A stretch of DNA of 64,000 bases, taken from positions 41,986,464 to 42,050,463 of the forward strand of contig NC_043011.1 in assembly GCF_006345805.1 (NCBI RefSeq), read 5' to 3'. The stretch is from Octopus sinensis (taxonomy: Eukaryota). Positions within the stretch are counted from its first letter, which is position 1. Every line of letters begins with the position of its first letter. The translations under genes were made by a program, and so were the position numbers. Positions 12,137 to 24,596 of the stretch are shown piece by piece. The notes beneath the pieces were generated by a model, which saw only the letters and a list, made by a program, of their open reading frames with translations, ran no database searches and had not been told where the DNA came from.

Positions 12137-12774
12137 TACATCAGTTGAAAAATTAAAAAATAAATGGAAGTGCATTTTGCTTGTCTTTTAGTGGCGTTTT
12201 TTTTTTTTTTTAACCGAGTTGGTTCAATGTAGAATTTCCAGAGCAGGTTGTTTATGAGAGGGAGTTGGGCAGGGAGTTGGAAACAAAGGGAGTGAAGATG
12301 AGGAGTTAGGACTGAGTGGGAGGAGATTAGAATGGAAATGATATCAGTTATGAATTGGAATGGGATGAGGTGGGTAAAAAAGGGCCAATGTTTGATCCCT
12401 AATATGTAGTTTGTGAGAACATGAGATCATAAACAATATGCTTTTCTTGTTGTTATTGTTTTTATCGTTTTATGTGGGAATGAAGGGGAAGAGGAAATGA
12501 GAGGACATATGTCCATGATAGTAATAATAATATTAAAAATAAAATAACAATAATGGTTTCAAATTTTGGTATAAAGCCAGTAATTTTTGGGGAAGAAGGC
12601 AAGTTGATGACAGGCATCAGTTCTTGATTTTCACTTTACTTCATCAACTCTGAAAGGACAAAAGCCGACATTGGCCTTTGTGGCATTTGAACTCAAAATG
12701 TAGAGAGCAGAAGCAGAAACTGCAAACCAATATTCTGCCAGCTCATCGCCTCAATAATAATAATAATAATCCTA

Positions 12775-12873
12775 TTATTTGTTATCATCGTCAGGATCAG
12801 GCTGTGTTAATTGTCTCATCTTGCCACTGTGTCCTCGTATGTGGTGGACTTTCTGTCTTTCAAAGAATCCACA
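12775..12873 (-). CDS. Integrin alpha last coding exon, cytoplasmic tail: CGFFERQKVHHIRGHSGKMRQLTQPDPDDDNK*
   Basis: Acceptor TCTTCTTCCATTTCAG. Spliced WK|CGFFER matches the KxGFFKR motif. Stop TAA at 12777-12775. Confidence 0.93.
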   Translation of the reverse strand, partial: CGFFERQKVHHIRGHSGKMRQLTQPDPDDDNK

Positions 12874-13110
12874 CTGAAATGGAAGAAGAGAAAGAATTCA
12901 CAAAATTAATAATAGTTTGGACATTAAATAACAAGGCAAAGAATTTTAAATTAAATAGAATATAACGATTGGAAAAAACTTTTGTTCTTCTGAATGTACA
13001 ACTTGTATGCTGCTTTCATATTAAAACCATTCAACTTACCATTGCCCTTCATAATCCTCAGATTATGTGCCAAATTCTTGGTCTTACCCACCAAACCTTA
13101 TATTCTAGGT

Positions 13111-13484
13111 CAGTGGCTCTCAACCATTTTTTGCCTAATGGCCCTCTTTGATTTTTATTTTATTCTGGTGGATCCCTGCATAACCATTTGGTGTTTGAAA
13201 ACTAGTCTTATAGATATTTCTTTCAAAATTTCTGCTTAGTTTTCCCCATGTTCCTTTATTTAGGCTTGCAATGGCACTCAGCAAGAGAATATGTTTCAGG
13301 GGCCAGAAGTGTGTGGAACTGTGAAAAATGTTAGACAAAGGAACCTAGTTGTTTCTGGCAATAAATACATCAAAAGCAAAACTTTTTACTAACACCTAAA
13401 ATATTATTGTGGACCCCCAATTTACTGTTTTACTTTGTGTGAACCCAACAAAAATCATATATGGACCTCAAGTGAGAACCACTG
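13111..13484. mobile_element. hAT (Charlie-like) MITE
   Basis: TIRs CAGTGGCTCTCAAC / GTGAGAACCACTG. Perfect 8-bp TSD TTCTAGGT at 13103-13110 and 13485-13492. Confidence 0.9.
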
Positions 13485-13842
13485 TTCTAGGTATAATCCA
13501 ACCCAACCCAACCCAACCCAATCCTACCCTATACCCTTCGTGTAATCCTTATCTAACCCACGCTGTATTCTTGTCATGTGCCTTACATGTATCTACCAGT
13601 GACACATGGTGGTTGTTGTCATTGGGAATGCTGCCACACTGACCATACTCTGACTAAAAATTAGTATTACTCAAATTAGACATACAAACTGTGTATTTCT
13701 ATTCAAAATGCAGGATCCAAAATGTAAATAATGTAAACTTAATTCAGTTGGGATACAGATATATGGCACTTAAGTAAACTGAATTTATAATATCCCATGA
13801 ATTGTAAGCATTCTAAAATAAGCCATAATTTTCTTATGCACA

Positions 13843-13990
13843 CATCATCATCATCATCGTTTAGCGTCTGCTTTCCATGCTAGCATGGGTTGGATGGTTC
13901 AACTGGGGTCTGGGAAGCCAGAAGGCTGGACCAGGCCCAGTCTGATCTGGCAATGTTTCTACAGCTGGATGCCCTTCCTAACGCCAACCA
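13843..13990 (-). mobile_element. RTE 3'UTR copy truncated before the hairpin array
   Basis: Family consensus with a (CAT)n tail. Confidence 0.85.
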
Positions 13991-15489
13991 CACACAGAAA
14001 AATAAGAAACCACATAATTTTACTTATATATTACTTATATATAAGTTCTATTCTTCTTCTGTGAGACATAAAATGTTTGATAACCTCATTGTACAATGAA
14101 CCATTTTACTTGAGCTGTTTTAGCATACTTTTTCAAATTGAAAATAAACTATGGCCAATTAGTCTTCCCTGATTTTGTGACCCACAGAAGCAAGTATTTA
14201 TTCATTTGAGAGCAGAAAATGTGCATTCTGTCAGAATTCAACCTGACTTAAGTTTTGTTTCAGACTTCAAAATACGTATTATAAGTTTTGAAAACAAATC
14301 TTTTGAAAACAAAGATCAAAGTTATATGTGATAATGTAAGAAAAAAATTATTGTAAAAAAAATTATAGTTTAGGAATTTTAAATTAATTTAAATGTCCAA
14401 CTTCTCGCCAGGAAAATGGACATACAATCGTGTTGTCAAAGCTGTCATACACCCTTCACTATTAATTTTTTTGCCATTCTTCCATTATCCTACAATACAC
14501 CTGGTACCATATTATGGTACAATGTGCTGTGAGGTGTGCAGTGTTATTTCAGGACACCTGCCACCAAATTTCCAGCAGGGTTGTAACAAAAGTTTCCCAT
14601 TATGATTTTTGATTAAATTAATGAGTAAGTTTAATATTTATAATGCATTTGCCATTTTCGATGGGTGTGTACCACACACCTAACATACCTGGTATGTACA
14701 TGTATGTATAATAGGCTTCTGCACAGTTTCCATCTGCCAAATTCACTCACAAGGCATTGGAGACATTTGCCCAAAGTGTCACACATTGGGACTGAACCCA
14801 AAACTACATGTTTGCAAAATGAGCTTCTTAACTATGGAGCTATACCTGTGAAAAATATAGGGAAGAGATGTTCATGAATTCACCTCACGCAAAAAAAAAA
14901 GGACTAAAATTTATGGGGAAGGGGGGCAGGAAGTTGAGAATTTCTTTCTTTGGTGATTGAAGGGTTGTTCTTTCCCCTCCCCCTCTGGCTTCTCTCTCTC
15001 TTTCTCTCCCTCTCCTACCTACCCTTCTACTCCACCCTTCTGGTAATTAATGTGTTTTTATAGAGGAGTGAAAGGATATTCCAGAAAGAGAGAGAGACAG
15101 AGGGAGGAGCATGAGAACACTTCTCCCCACCACTACCACCAAGAGCCTCTTAGAGAGAAGGGGAGGAGCCATGGAGACCAAAAAGGGTGGAAGGGAGAGA
15201 ACAGGAGAATGAGAGAGAGAGATAGAAAGAGAGAGAATAAACAGTGTCATGAAAACAAGTGGAGAGGAAATAGACCACATATACTACAACTCCATGTGGG
15301 AGTGGGGAGGGAGTTGTGAAAATGAGGAAGATAAGAATGATGATGCAGAACAGTAGTGGGGGGGTGGTTGATGAAAAGAAATGTCACCAGTGACTGAATT
15401 TAGAGAGAGAAAGATAGACAAAGTGGAAGAGAGTAGAGAAGATGCAACAGTATATATATGTGTGTGTATGTAATAAATATATATATATA

Positions 15490-15755
15490 TATCATCATCA
15501 TCATCATCATCATTTAGCGTCCGTTTTCCATGCTAGCATGGGTTGGACGGTTCTACTGGGGTCTGTGAAGCCAGAAGGCTTCATCAGGCCCAGTCAAATC
15601 TGGCAGTGTTTACGGCTGGATGCCCTTCCTAACGCCAACCACTCCGTGAGTGTAGTGGGTGCTTTTTACGTGCCACCCGCACTGGTGCCAGACAGAGCTG
15701 GCAAACGGCCACGAACGGATGGTGCTTTTTATGTGCCACCGGCACGAGGGCCAGA
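15490..15755 (-). mobile_element. RTE 3'UTR copy (2 hairpin units) flanked by (TA)n on both sides
   Basis: Family consensus; (TA)n at about 15475-15490 and 15756-15768. Confidence 0.88.
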
Positions 15756-16242
15756 TATATATATATATGTATGTGTGCACACACACACGCACACACACAA
15801 TATGCATGTGTGTGTAAGAATCCAGATTGCAGAGGATTGAAAAAGAAGTGGTGGTCATCTATTTATTCATAAAAAAAAACTGTGTTTGTTGGTAAAGTTT
15901 AATGTTTGCTAAGTTCAGAGGCCATTAGGAGAGAAGATTTTGATATTTGAGATAAAATTCTACTTTGGGGTGGAGAGAGAGAGAAGAGGTTTTCTTTGTC
16001 CTTGGTGTATGAGAATTTGGTCTCTGTGTCTAAACCCACACAGACTGGGATGAAGAAAATCTTTTCCCTCCTGCTTCCCGAAGAAGTCTTTGAAATGTTG
16101 AGAATCTCCACTTTTATTGGCTAATGAGGAATTTAAGAAACATTAAGCTTACGTATATATATATACGCATACATGCACACACACACACACATACACACAC
16201 ACACATATGTGCATGTATATGTGTGAATATATACATGAATAA

Positions 16243-16274
<32 letters not shown>

Positions 16275-16344
16275 GCATGTAAGACGTGAAGAAATGCAAT
16301 TAGTTAGGTCAGAGGAAGTTCTTCAAATGGTAGCTTCGCAATAA

Positions 16345-16590
16345 CACTGCTGCTGCCACTACTACTACTGCTGCCACTACTACTACTGCTGCCACTACTA
16401 CTACTGCTGCCACTACTACTACAGCTGCTGCTGCACAACCACATCACCACCAACACCATTATTACACTACTACTTGTACACAGTAATAATTGTAACAATA
16501 ATTGTGGTAGTGGTGGTGGTGGTGGTCATAGTAACAGTTGTGGTGGTGGTGGTGGTTATAGTAGTAGTAGTTGTAGTAGTAGCACCACCA
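16345..16590. repeat. Compound trinucleotide repeat: (CTGCCACTACTACTACTG)n, then (CAC)/(GTG)/(GTA) tracts
   Basis: Direct reading; four copies of an 18-nt unit. Confidence 0.9.
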
Positions 16591-16639
16591 TCTCCATTAC
16601 CAACATGTTATTTATAGCAGTCATTATTTTACCCGGTTG

Positions 16640-16840
16640 AGGCGTGTGGCTTAGAGGCTAAGGTGTTGGACTCGTGATCGTAAGATTGTGGTTTCGGTTC
16701 CTGGACCGGGTGACATGTTGTGTCCTTGAGCCACTCAGCTGGCAAAATTGAGGAATCCTATGATGGACTGGGGTCCCATCCAGGAGCGGGGAATATGTAC
16801 GCCATTGAAACCAGGAAACCAGTCCTCATAAGCCTGGCAT
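16640..16840 (+). mobile_element. tRNA-headed SINE with a V-domain-like 3' part
   Basis: Head GGCTTAGAGGCTAAGG...GGTTTCGGTTCC; GATGGACTGGGGTCCCATCCAGG; related to 57400-57971. Confidence 0.75.
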
Positions 16841-17445
16841 GGCTTGAGAAGGAAATATCTATTTTATTTTTTTACTTTACCCAGTTCAAAGACATGTTTA
16901 TTTATCTGTGGATTACAAGTTAGTTTGCTGGGACAAGGTTGTAGGATTATGGGCAGTGGTAGCCAGTGTCACCCAGAAATAGGCCAAGTAGAAGCAACAC
17001 TTGGAAGGTCAGACAGAGGTCAGGAATGCATTGAAGTACATCTTCTCCGTCATGTATTGATACATCCGCAGTAGCTTGTCCCAATTTTCAACCCCTCAAA
17101 ACCTCCCTCAATGCAACTCCTTTCTTATTTTAAGGGGTTATTTCTTGTGGGTTACCAGTTAACTTCACTGGTGCTAATGCCATGTAAAAAGTACTCAGTG
17201 CACTCTGCAAAATGGTTGACATCAGGAAGTGCATCAAGCTGTAGAAAACATTCCAAAGCACATTTTGAAGCTTGGAACAGTCATCTGGCTGAACAGCTCC
17301 TGATCAAAGCATCCAACCCATGCCTGCATGGAAAACAGATGTTGAATGATTGCAAACATCATTTGCCCATAGAATTCAGCATGCCATGGATGGTGTTGCA
17401 CTGAAGTTGCAGGGAACTGCAGAAATTTCTGCATATTTCTGCATA

Positions 17446-17851
17446 GGTGTAGGAGTGGCTGTGTGGTAAGTAGCATGCTTACGAACCACATGGTTCCAGG
17501 TTCAGCCCCACTGCGTGGCACCTTGGGCAAGTATCTTCTACTATAGTCTCAGGTTGACCAAAGCCTTGTGAGTGGATTTGGTAGATGGAAACTGAAAGAA
17601 GCCCGTCGTATATATATGTATATATATATGTATGTGTGTGTTTGTGTGTCTGTGTTTGTCCCCACCAACATCACTTGACAACTGATGCTGGTGTGTTTAT
17701 GTCCCTGAAACTTAGCGGTTCGACAAAAGAGACCGATAGTATAAGTACTAGGCTTACAAAGAATAAGTCCTGGGGTCAATTTGCTCGATTAAAGGCAGTG
17801 CTCTAGCATGGCCAGAGTCAAATGACTGAAACAAGTAAAAGAATAAAAGAA
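17446..17851 (+). mobile_element. Full-length tRNA-derived SINE with an internal (TA/TG)n tract
   Basis: Head GGCTGTGTGGTAAG...GGTTCAGCCCC, core CCTTGGGCAAG, tail ACAAGTAAAAGAATAAAAG. Other copies at about 31790-32130, 35334-35743, 51519-51868 (-) and 58750-59320 (-). Confidence 0.9.
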
Positions 17852-18099
17852 TATATTCAATCAAAGTTAATTCTTCTCCCATTTAACATTTTATCTTTTA
17901 ATTTCTTTGCAAAAATCAACTTCAAATCCTCATATAGAACAATGTCTAGTATTTACTTCTTCTGCTAGTGTTTCGGTTAATGCTCAGGCATCACTACCAA
18001 ACATGAAGGTCTTGGGTACAAAAATATATAACAACAGTGAAACAACCAAAACAATTCTTCTGTATTTTTAGAGGTTAAATTACTCAGAGAAATTCTTAC

Positions 18100-18210
18100 C
18101 TTCCATAAACCACAAATAACTAGAATTAGAAGAAGCACTCCCAGTGCCACACCTAAAATAATGATCCAGATATCTACAGGTTTTCGGTCTGGTCTCAAGT
18201 TGGTCCCAAC
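18100..18210 (-). CDS. Integrin alpha transmembrane exon: VGTNLRPDRKPVDIWIIILGVALGVLLLILVICGLWK
   Basis: Classic integrin alpha TM pattern W-I-I-I..G.LLL......L-W-K. Acceptor TTCTTTTTAG, donor AAG|GTAAGA. 111 nt, phase 0-0. Confidence 0.96.
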
Positions 18211-21200
18211 CTAAAAAGAACAACAAAAATATCATTTTTATTCTGAGTTATTGTAGGCTGAGTTCATATTCCATCATGGTCAACAATAATTTTTGTTCGA
18301 ATTGAGTAATGGGGTAGATGAAATAAAGCACCAGTAAGTATTAAGGGCAATGATATGGACTAAACACCCACCTCAAAATTGCTGGCCTTGTGCCTAAATC
18401 AGAAACAGTTACATTGTGTAACAAAATTTTAATTTTTGTCTTTTGTCAGTAAGTGTTATTTCCTATTTGCTTCTATCTAGAAATCAAAGAAGTGACTACT
18501 ATTCCCTTCAAACTTTGCTTTTGTGACCTGGACATCAATATTTTGAAACTGACTGGTTTTCCATTACATTTCAAACAGATTCAGAGTTGCTGAAGCAGAA
18601 ATATCATTATAGCAAATCTGGTCAATACCACAGATTTGCTTGTCAATTGCTTGACCTGAACTGCTTGAGCATGTCCCTCAGTGGCTGCCAATATGTGCAT
18701 CTCTGATCATGAGCAGTAAGTGAGGGAGAATCATAGCCATATGTTCAGAGGGATTCTTTGAGGTTTGAATAAATTTAACAAAAGCAAAGTCTGAAGGAAA
18801 TAATAGCTATTTTTCATACTTTCTAAGGGTAAGCAAATAGGAAATAGCTGCTACTCAACGGCAAAAATTGTGTTATACAGTGTTTTTAGCAGTGATGAGC
18901 CATATCATCAAAGAATGGATGTTTGGATTTGTTTGGTCTACATATTGATAATTTCTAAGGTTAGAAATAGAATTCCAAAATTTTATAATTAAGTATATGG
19001 CAACATTGTAAGTGTAAGGTGCTAACCATTTCAACAAACCCACAAAAAACATCTCATAAACTAAAGAAAAATCAGTGCTGATTTGCAACACAAACTTGTT
19101 TATTCATTAAATATTAGGTTATTTCAAAAATAATGGCAGCTCTAAGTGTTGTGTTTTGAAACGCAATTTTATCATAGTATTTTACTTATATTTTAGGTGA
19201 AACATAGTAATAGAAATTATCCAATTAGTTATTTTTTTCCGTTCAAAAACGAGAATAATCAACATTTGCATGTGGCCACCAAATAAACTGACACCAACGA
19301 AAGTTTGACAAACTGAAACTGATACATGAAACACGAACATCTTCAGACCATTATATTGGGAACTTATGAATGAAGCTGAAGAATCTTCATTCATTACCCC
19401 TACCCCCAAATGTTTTGACCGAAAATTTAGGCTTCACGGCACAGAAACTTCTTATTTTACGAATTTCGTTGTAAAATATATTGCTAAAAAAATAAACGTG
19501 TAAACCAGTGTTTTTATTTCAGTAAGGGCGAGAGGATAGCTACCGACTGTTTGTTGAATATCGCATGGCTGTCAGATTTACAGATTCAAAGGAACTTAAC
19601 TTTTCGTAGCGATACGGGTTATCTGACCTATTGACTTCAAGCAATATATTAGCCATGACTGCGTACCCCCAAGAGATTTAATGGAGTAAGTGATATTAGA
19701 TACTCCAGGAAAACTAACTTACGCTACTGTATAGTCAATCAGATAACCTATAAAACACTTGGAATATCGATAATTTAAATTAATAAAATTTGGTTTGTTC
19801 CAGAAACAAATTTCTTCTGTATTCTTTTCTACTCAAGGCACAAGGTCTGAAATTTGGGGGGAGGGGGCCAGCCGATTAGATCAACCCCAGTACGCAATTG
19901 ATACTTAATTTATCGACCCCGAAAGGATGAAAGGCAAAGTCGACCTCGGCGGAATTTGGACTCGGAACGTAGCGGCAGATGAAATACCTATTTATTTACT
20001 GCCCACAAGGGGCTACACACAGAGAGGACAAACGGATTAAGTTGATTATATCGACTCCAGTGCGTAACTGGTACTTATCGACCCCGAAAGAATGAAGACC
20101 TCGAAAGGACGAAAGGCAAAGATAATAACCATTATTTAGGTATATTTTTTCAGCGAGATGTAATCGATTCAAACACATATTATTTTATAATATCAGTATT
20201 TTTATTATTTTGTTATATCCGAAGGCTGAAATACTAAGTTGATGCAGATGGGATTTCACAATAGCGAGTCAAAAATCTACATTTTTGTAAAAACATCAGA
20301 TGCAGCTAGTCCAATGTCTAGACTATTCTTTAGAAGACATTCCCAAGCGAGGTTGAAATGTTGAAGTAACAAGGTCAACGTATGTCTGTAGGTTAAATGT
20401 CAATGGCTGCATTAAAACAAAATCCCATTTACCCTCGTATTGAAATACTCTTCCTTCCCACAAAATAAAAACACCGAAAAATAAGTATGTAAATTGTTCT
20501 TTCCGCTCGCACTAAAAATAGAAAACAGCTCTTTCTAAAGTTTTCCATCCGTGGCTTTCACTGAATATAAAGCAGAGCGAAAACATTATGGCTGACTGTT
20601 GACCTTAACTCTTATTGTTCGTAATTCATTCAAAACTGAACGAAACAAAAGTTTATCTGAATGATAAAAAAAAAAAACTATTATACAATTGGCCAATTTT
20701 AGCAGAGGTGTAGCCGATAAAATTGTTCAGTATGTATCACTGCTTGTAATTTTATCGCCATCTAAACTGAAAAATATAGAGGAAAGAAACGTATGGTTTT
20801 TTTCAGCAATCTACTGTTTCTCACAATTCTGTGATCTTAATATTTTCAGTATTAATGAAAAATGATAAAATTAACTTTAAAAATAAAACAAAATATTCTC
20901 ATTCTATTTACGAAGTTGAGTTTCAATCTGGACATGGGAAGACATATTTGTTTTTTGAGCTGCTGTTACAGTGAAAGACAACTTCCCAGATCAAAGAAGC
21001 AATTTCGAGATTCACTCAGGAATTGTTAAATCGAATTACAAATAATAAATTGTAGCATATTACAGTCATCATTTTCTCGCAACAAGAATGTGACGAAATA
21101 CTGGAAGAATTTATAACGCTTTCCTAAAGAGCTGAACGAGTTCTATACAAATGAAACAGCATTACCATGCTTTGCCCATTAACTGAACATAACAACTCTG

Positions 21201-22799
21201 GCAAGTATTTCTAAATGTTTTTCGCATTCTTTCGGTGTGTGACCACAAACTGAAAGTGAAACTATAGATACTATTCGGTAAATCTTGGCAAACATGTCGA
21301 ATGGGTTACTTGAACTATTTTTTTTTTCAAAAATATTTCTTTGGATGCCTGTTTTCAACAATGGAAATTAAGATTTTTTCCCCCTCTAAAAACAAGACAA
21401 AACAAAACAAAAACCTTCGAAAAAAACAAACCAATGTTTCAAATATTTACCTCCTACCCCAGCCTTTGAACATTTATTTTTAATACAGAGATTACGTTTC
21501 TGAAAAGATTATTTTCTTCCTCAAAATTTTCAAATTTCTTATTTAATACTGATTGCTTATATTTTCCCCACTTTTATTTTGTGATCATAAACCGAAAGAA
21601 TGTTTTATTTATATATTTTGAATATATTCTTTGTACCACAGACAGCGGGGAGGGACAGCGGCCATGATTCTTTTAGATCTTTTATGGGAAGAAGTTATGA
21701 TATCGCCAATGGCTCTCGATACGAACGTAATTTAAAACAAAAAATCATTTCGTGTGATTTAATTTTGTTGGCTGTAAAGGCCGATCGCGAAGTAGGAATA
21801 GCTTTCGAAGTAAAGAATTACCATGAATTAATTAAAAAAGAAAAGATATATTTTGGTATGTAAAATGTATGACCCAGAAATGCAGTTTTTTTTTTTTCAT
21901 CTTTGCTTGAAATGTTGGTATATTTTGATAAGTTAAACTGTAAAAGACTTTTTTTATTTTATTTTTGAAAATATAGTATTGTTTCATTGAATAATATCCA
22001 AAATTGTAAGCTGTTTCAATGAAAAAAATTATAATATACTTGAATCCTATGCATAGAACCATTTTTTAATTATTGAAATAAGAGCAAGACAAACGGAGGT
22101 AAAATTTCAAGAGACTAGTCTTTTCAGAAACTATTTATCAAAAATTAAATATTTATTCGAGAAAAGAAATAAATCTTTATTGAAAGTATTTCCGTAATAA
22201 ATAATTAATTATCATGTAGTGAATTGTCGACTTCAACCAACAATGATTTTTTTTGTCTACAAAATGCAGACGAAATTTTACTTCTTCAATGTTTGCAGAC
22301 TGACAAAAAAAATTACAGAAGATATTATGAAGGAAATGATATAGAAATTACATTCAATGAAACTGTATCCGACGTCACTATTTCTTTTTTTTATCTAGTC
22401 TGCGAAAAAAAATTTCTACAATGTTGTTGCGAAAATATTTTTGGATCTTTTCTTTTAGAACGGCAGATGTCAACACAATTTCTAGTTAACTAAACACTTT
22501 TAAACTTCGTATACTGGTAGAATGTATTTATAAAACATCATTTTTTCTTGGCTTTATTGAGAAAATTCTATAGTTTGTAAGATATTTCGTCTGAAATTTC
22601 GAGCATTTCGTCAATTTTAACCAATCGCTCACCTCCATTTGGGGTGAAAAGATTCCGTGCTGTATGAATATGTCCTTGTTTAAGAAACAGATTGGGTTTA
22701 TTTACATTTGCGAAGAAAATAAGATACTCTTCCCCCACCCCTAACCCTAATCCTAAAATAGATTGAAATGCAATAGATCGATACTAGGGTACAGGGGCA

Positions 22800-23620
22800 A
22801 TAGACACCACTAATACTCAGAAAATGGATTCCATTACACTCTAGGGGTAGAAATTAGAAGTAGTTGATAGTTTCCGCTACCTAGGTGACCAAGTTAGTAG
22901 TGGGGGTGGATGCTCAGAGAGTGATACCACTAGAATAAGAATAGCCTGGGCACAGATTAGAAAGCTTCTTCCCCTACTGGCGACAAAGGGTCTCTCAGAG
23001 TGAAAGGTAGATTGTACGATGCATGTGTGTGAACTGCCATGCATCATGGCAGTGAAATGTGGGCTGTGACTGCGGAGGACATGCGTAGGCTCGAAAGAAA
23101 TGAAGTTAGCATGATCTGCTGGATGTGTAATGTCAGTGTCCATGTATGACAGAGTGTATGCACCCTGAGAGAAATGTTGGACATAAGAAGCATCGGATGT
23201 GGCGTGCCGGAGAGACGTTTGCGTTAGTATGGTCATGTATTATGGATGAATGAGGAGAGATGTGTGAAGAAGTGTCACTCCCAAACTGTTGAAGGAATCC
23301 AGGGTAGAGGTAGACCCAGGAAGACATGGGATGAGATGGTCAAGCATGACCTTCGAACGTTGGGCCTCACAGAGGCTATGATGAAAGACCAAGACCTCTG
23401 GAGATATGCTGTGACTGCGAAGACCCGACAAATGAAGTGAGTTCATGGTTTGCAGGTTGGCCTGCTGTGCTTGGATTGTAGGGCAACCCGCTGTACTTGA
23501 AGAAACCTATTGAGTTAAGTACATCAAAATCAAAATCAAATGAATATTGTAGTTGTGATAGCCATGCCAGTGGCACGTCAGGCCTCACAGAGGAAATGAC
23601 GAAAGACCGAGACCTCTGAG
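22800..23620 (+). mobile_element. RTE LINE 3' ORF fragment
   Basis: VVDSFRYLGDQVSSGGGCSE...ARIRIAW...EERCVKKCHSQTVEGIQGRGRPRKTWDEMVKHDL, with frameshifts. Confidence 0.9.
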
Positions 23621-24246
23621 ATATGCTGTTTTTTAATATTTTTGGCAAAATTAATCTACAATTGTTAAAACACAGATCCAAAGAAAATTTTCGGTGCACC
23701 AGACAATTTCTGACTTTTCTATATAGGAAAGAAAGGGGGACACTTTACAAATTTTTCTCCCACTGCACCTCTCAATTTTTCATTTTTAATTATTTTCTTT
23801 GGATAGTGGAAAGGTCAGTTCCACTTATAGAGAGATTTCAGTACTAAAAAAATACATAAAAAATTTTATAGTCATTACTAGGCAAAAAGAGTAATGACTA
23901 ATTTCATTAATTTCTTGTCATTAACTGCATGGTGCATAAATATATTGGGAAGAGAGTCACTCCAGCAGATCATGAAGGAGCTATAGAGAGTATTTTATGT
24001 TGAGCTTTTAGATTTAGCTGAGTTTCATTATCATATTCCATTTTTCCATGATCCTATTTTGTCTGACCTAAATATTAAAAATTTTTGTTGTATTTCTAAT
24101 CTTTCTGATGTCCAAGGAGGGTTATTGAGATGTATCAGTGATGGATATTGATGTGTATCAGCATTCTACCGATTACTAATAAGATAAATTTTTCACCTTC
24201 AATTTGTGACCATAAATCAAATTATGCCAAAAAAAAATATTGATTT

Positions 24247-24510
24247 ACGAGGTCTGATCAATAAGTATCCAGACTATTGCCATAGTAACAAAACTAAAGC
24301 TCACAGAGTGAAGCCATTTGGGAAACACTGACCTTAGATTCTGCTCTGCATGCACACTAAGTTTTAACACTCTAGCTCACTTCCACTGTTTACAGCAGTG
24401 TTTGGAAGGAACGTGTGTAGCGAGTGATCATCGCAATGACCATGACAGAGAAACTGGTCATGGTGATACCTGCTCAGAGGCCTACGCAAAGTTGCAAAAA
24501 GTGAATGTAA
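24247..24510 (+). mobile_element. Left end of a second mariner-type element (TIR and transposase N-terminus)
   Basis: TA-CGAGGTCTGATCAATAAGTATCC terminus; GDTCSEAYAKLQKV resembles the mariner N-terminal helix. No right end found. Confidence 0.55.
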
Positions 24511-24596
24511 TTTTTCAGCTTTGACTGTCTTTTCAAAAATTGTTCAGGGTTATGCTTTTTAAATTCCTAAAATTTTGATTCTCCAAAAATATGTTG

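Noticed and set aside
19605-19748. Short inverted motifs GGTTATCTGA(CCTA)TTGAC / GTCAATCAGATAACC and GTAGCG / CGCTAC
   Set aside because: The arms are short, contain an indel and are not nested consistently; this cannot be distinguished from chance without statistics.
22738-22756. CCCTAACCCTAATCCTAA telomere-like repeat (similar CCCAA/CCCTA run at about 13495-13560)
   Set aside because: Only 2-3 imperfect units; more likely part of a dispersed repeat than an interstitial telomere.
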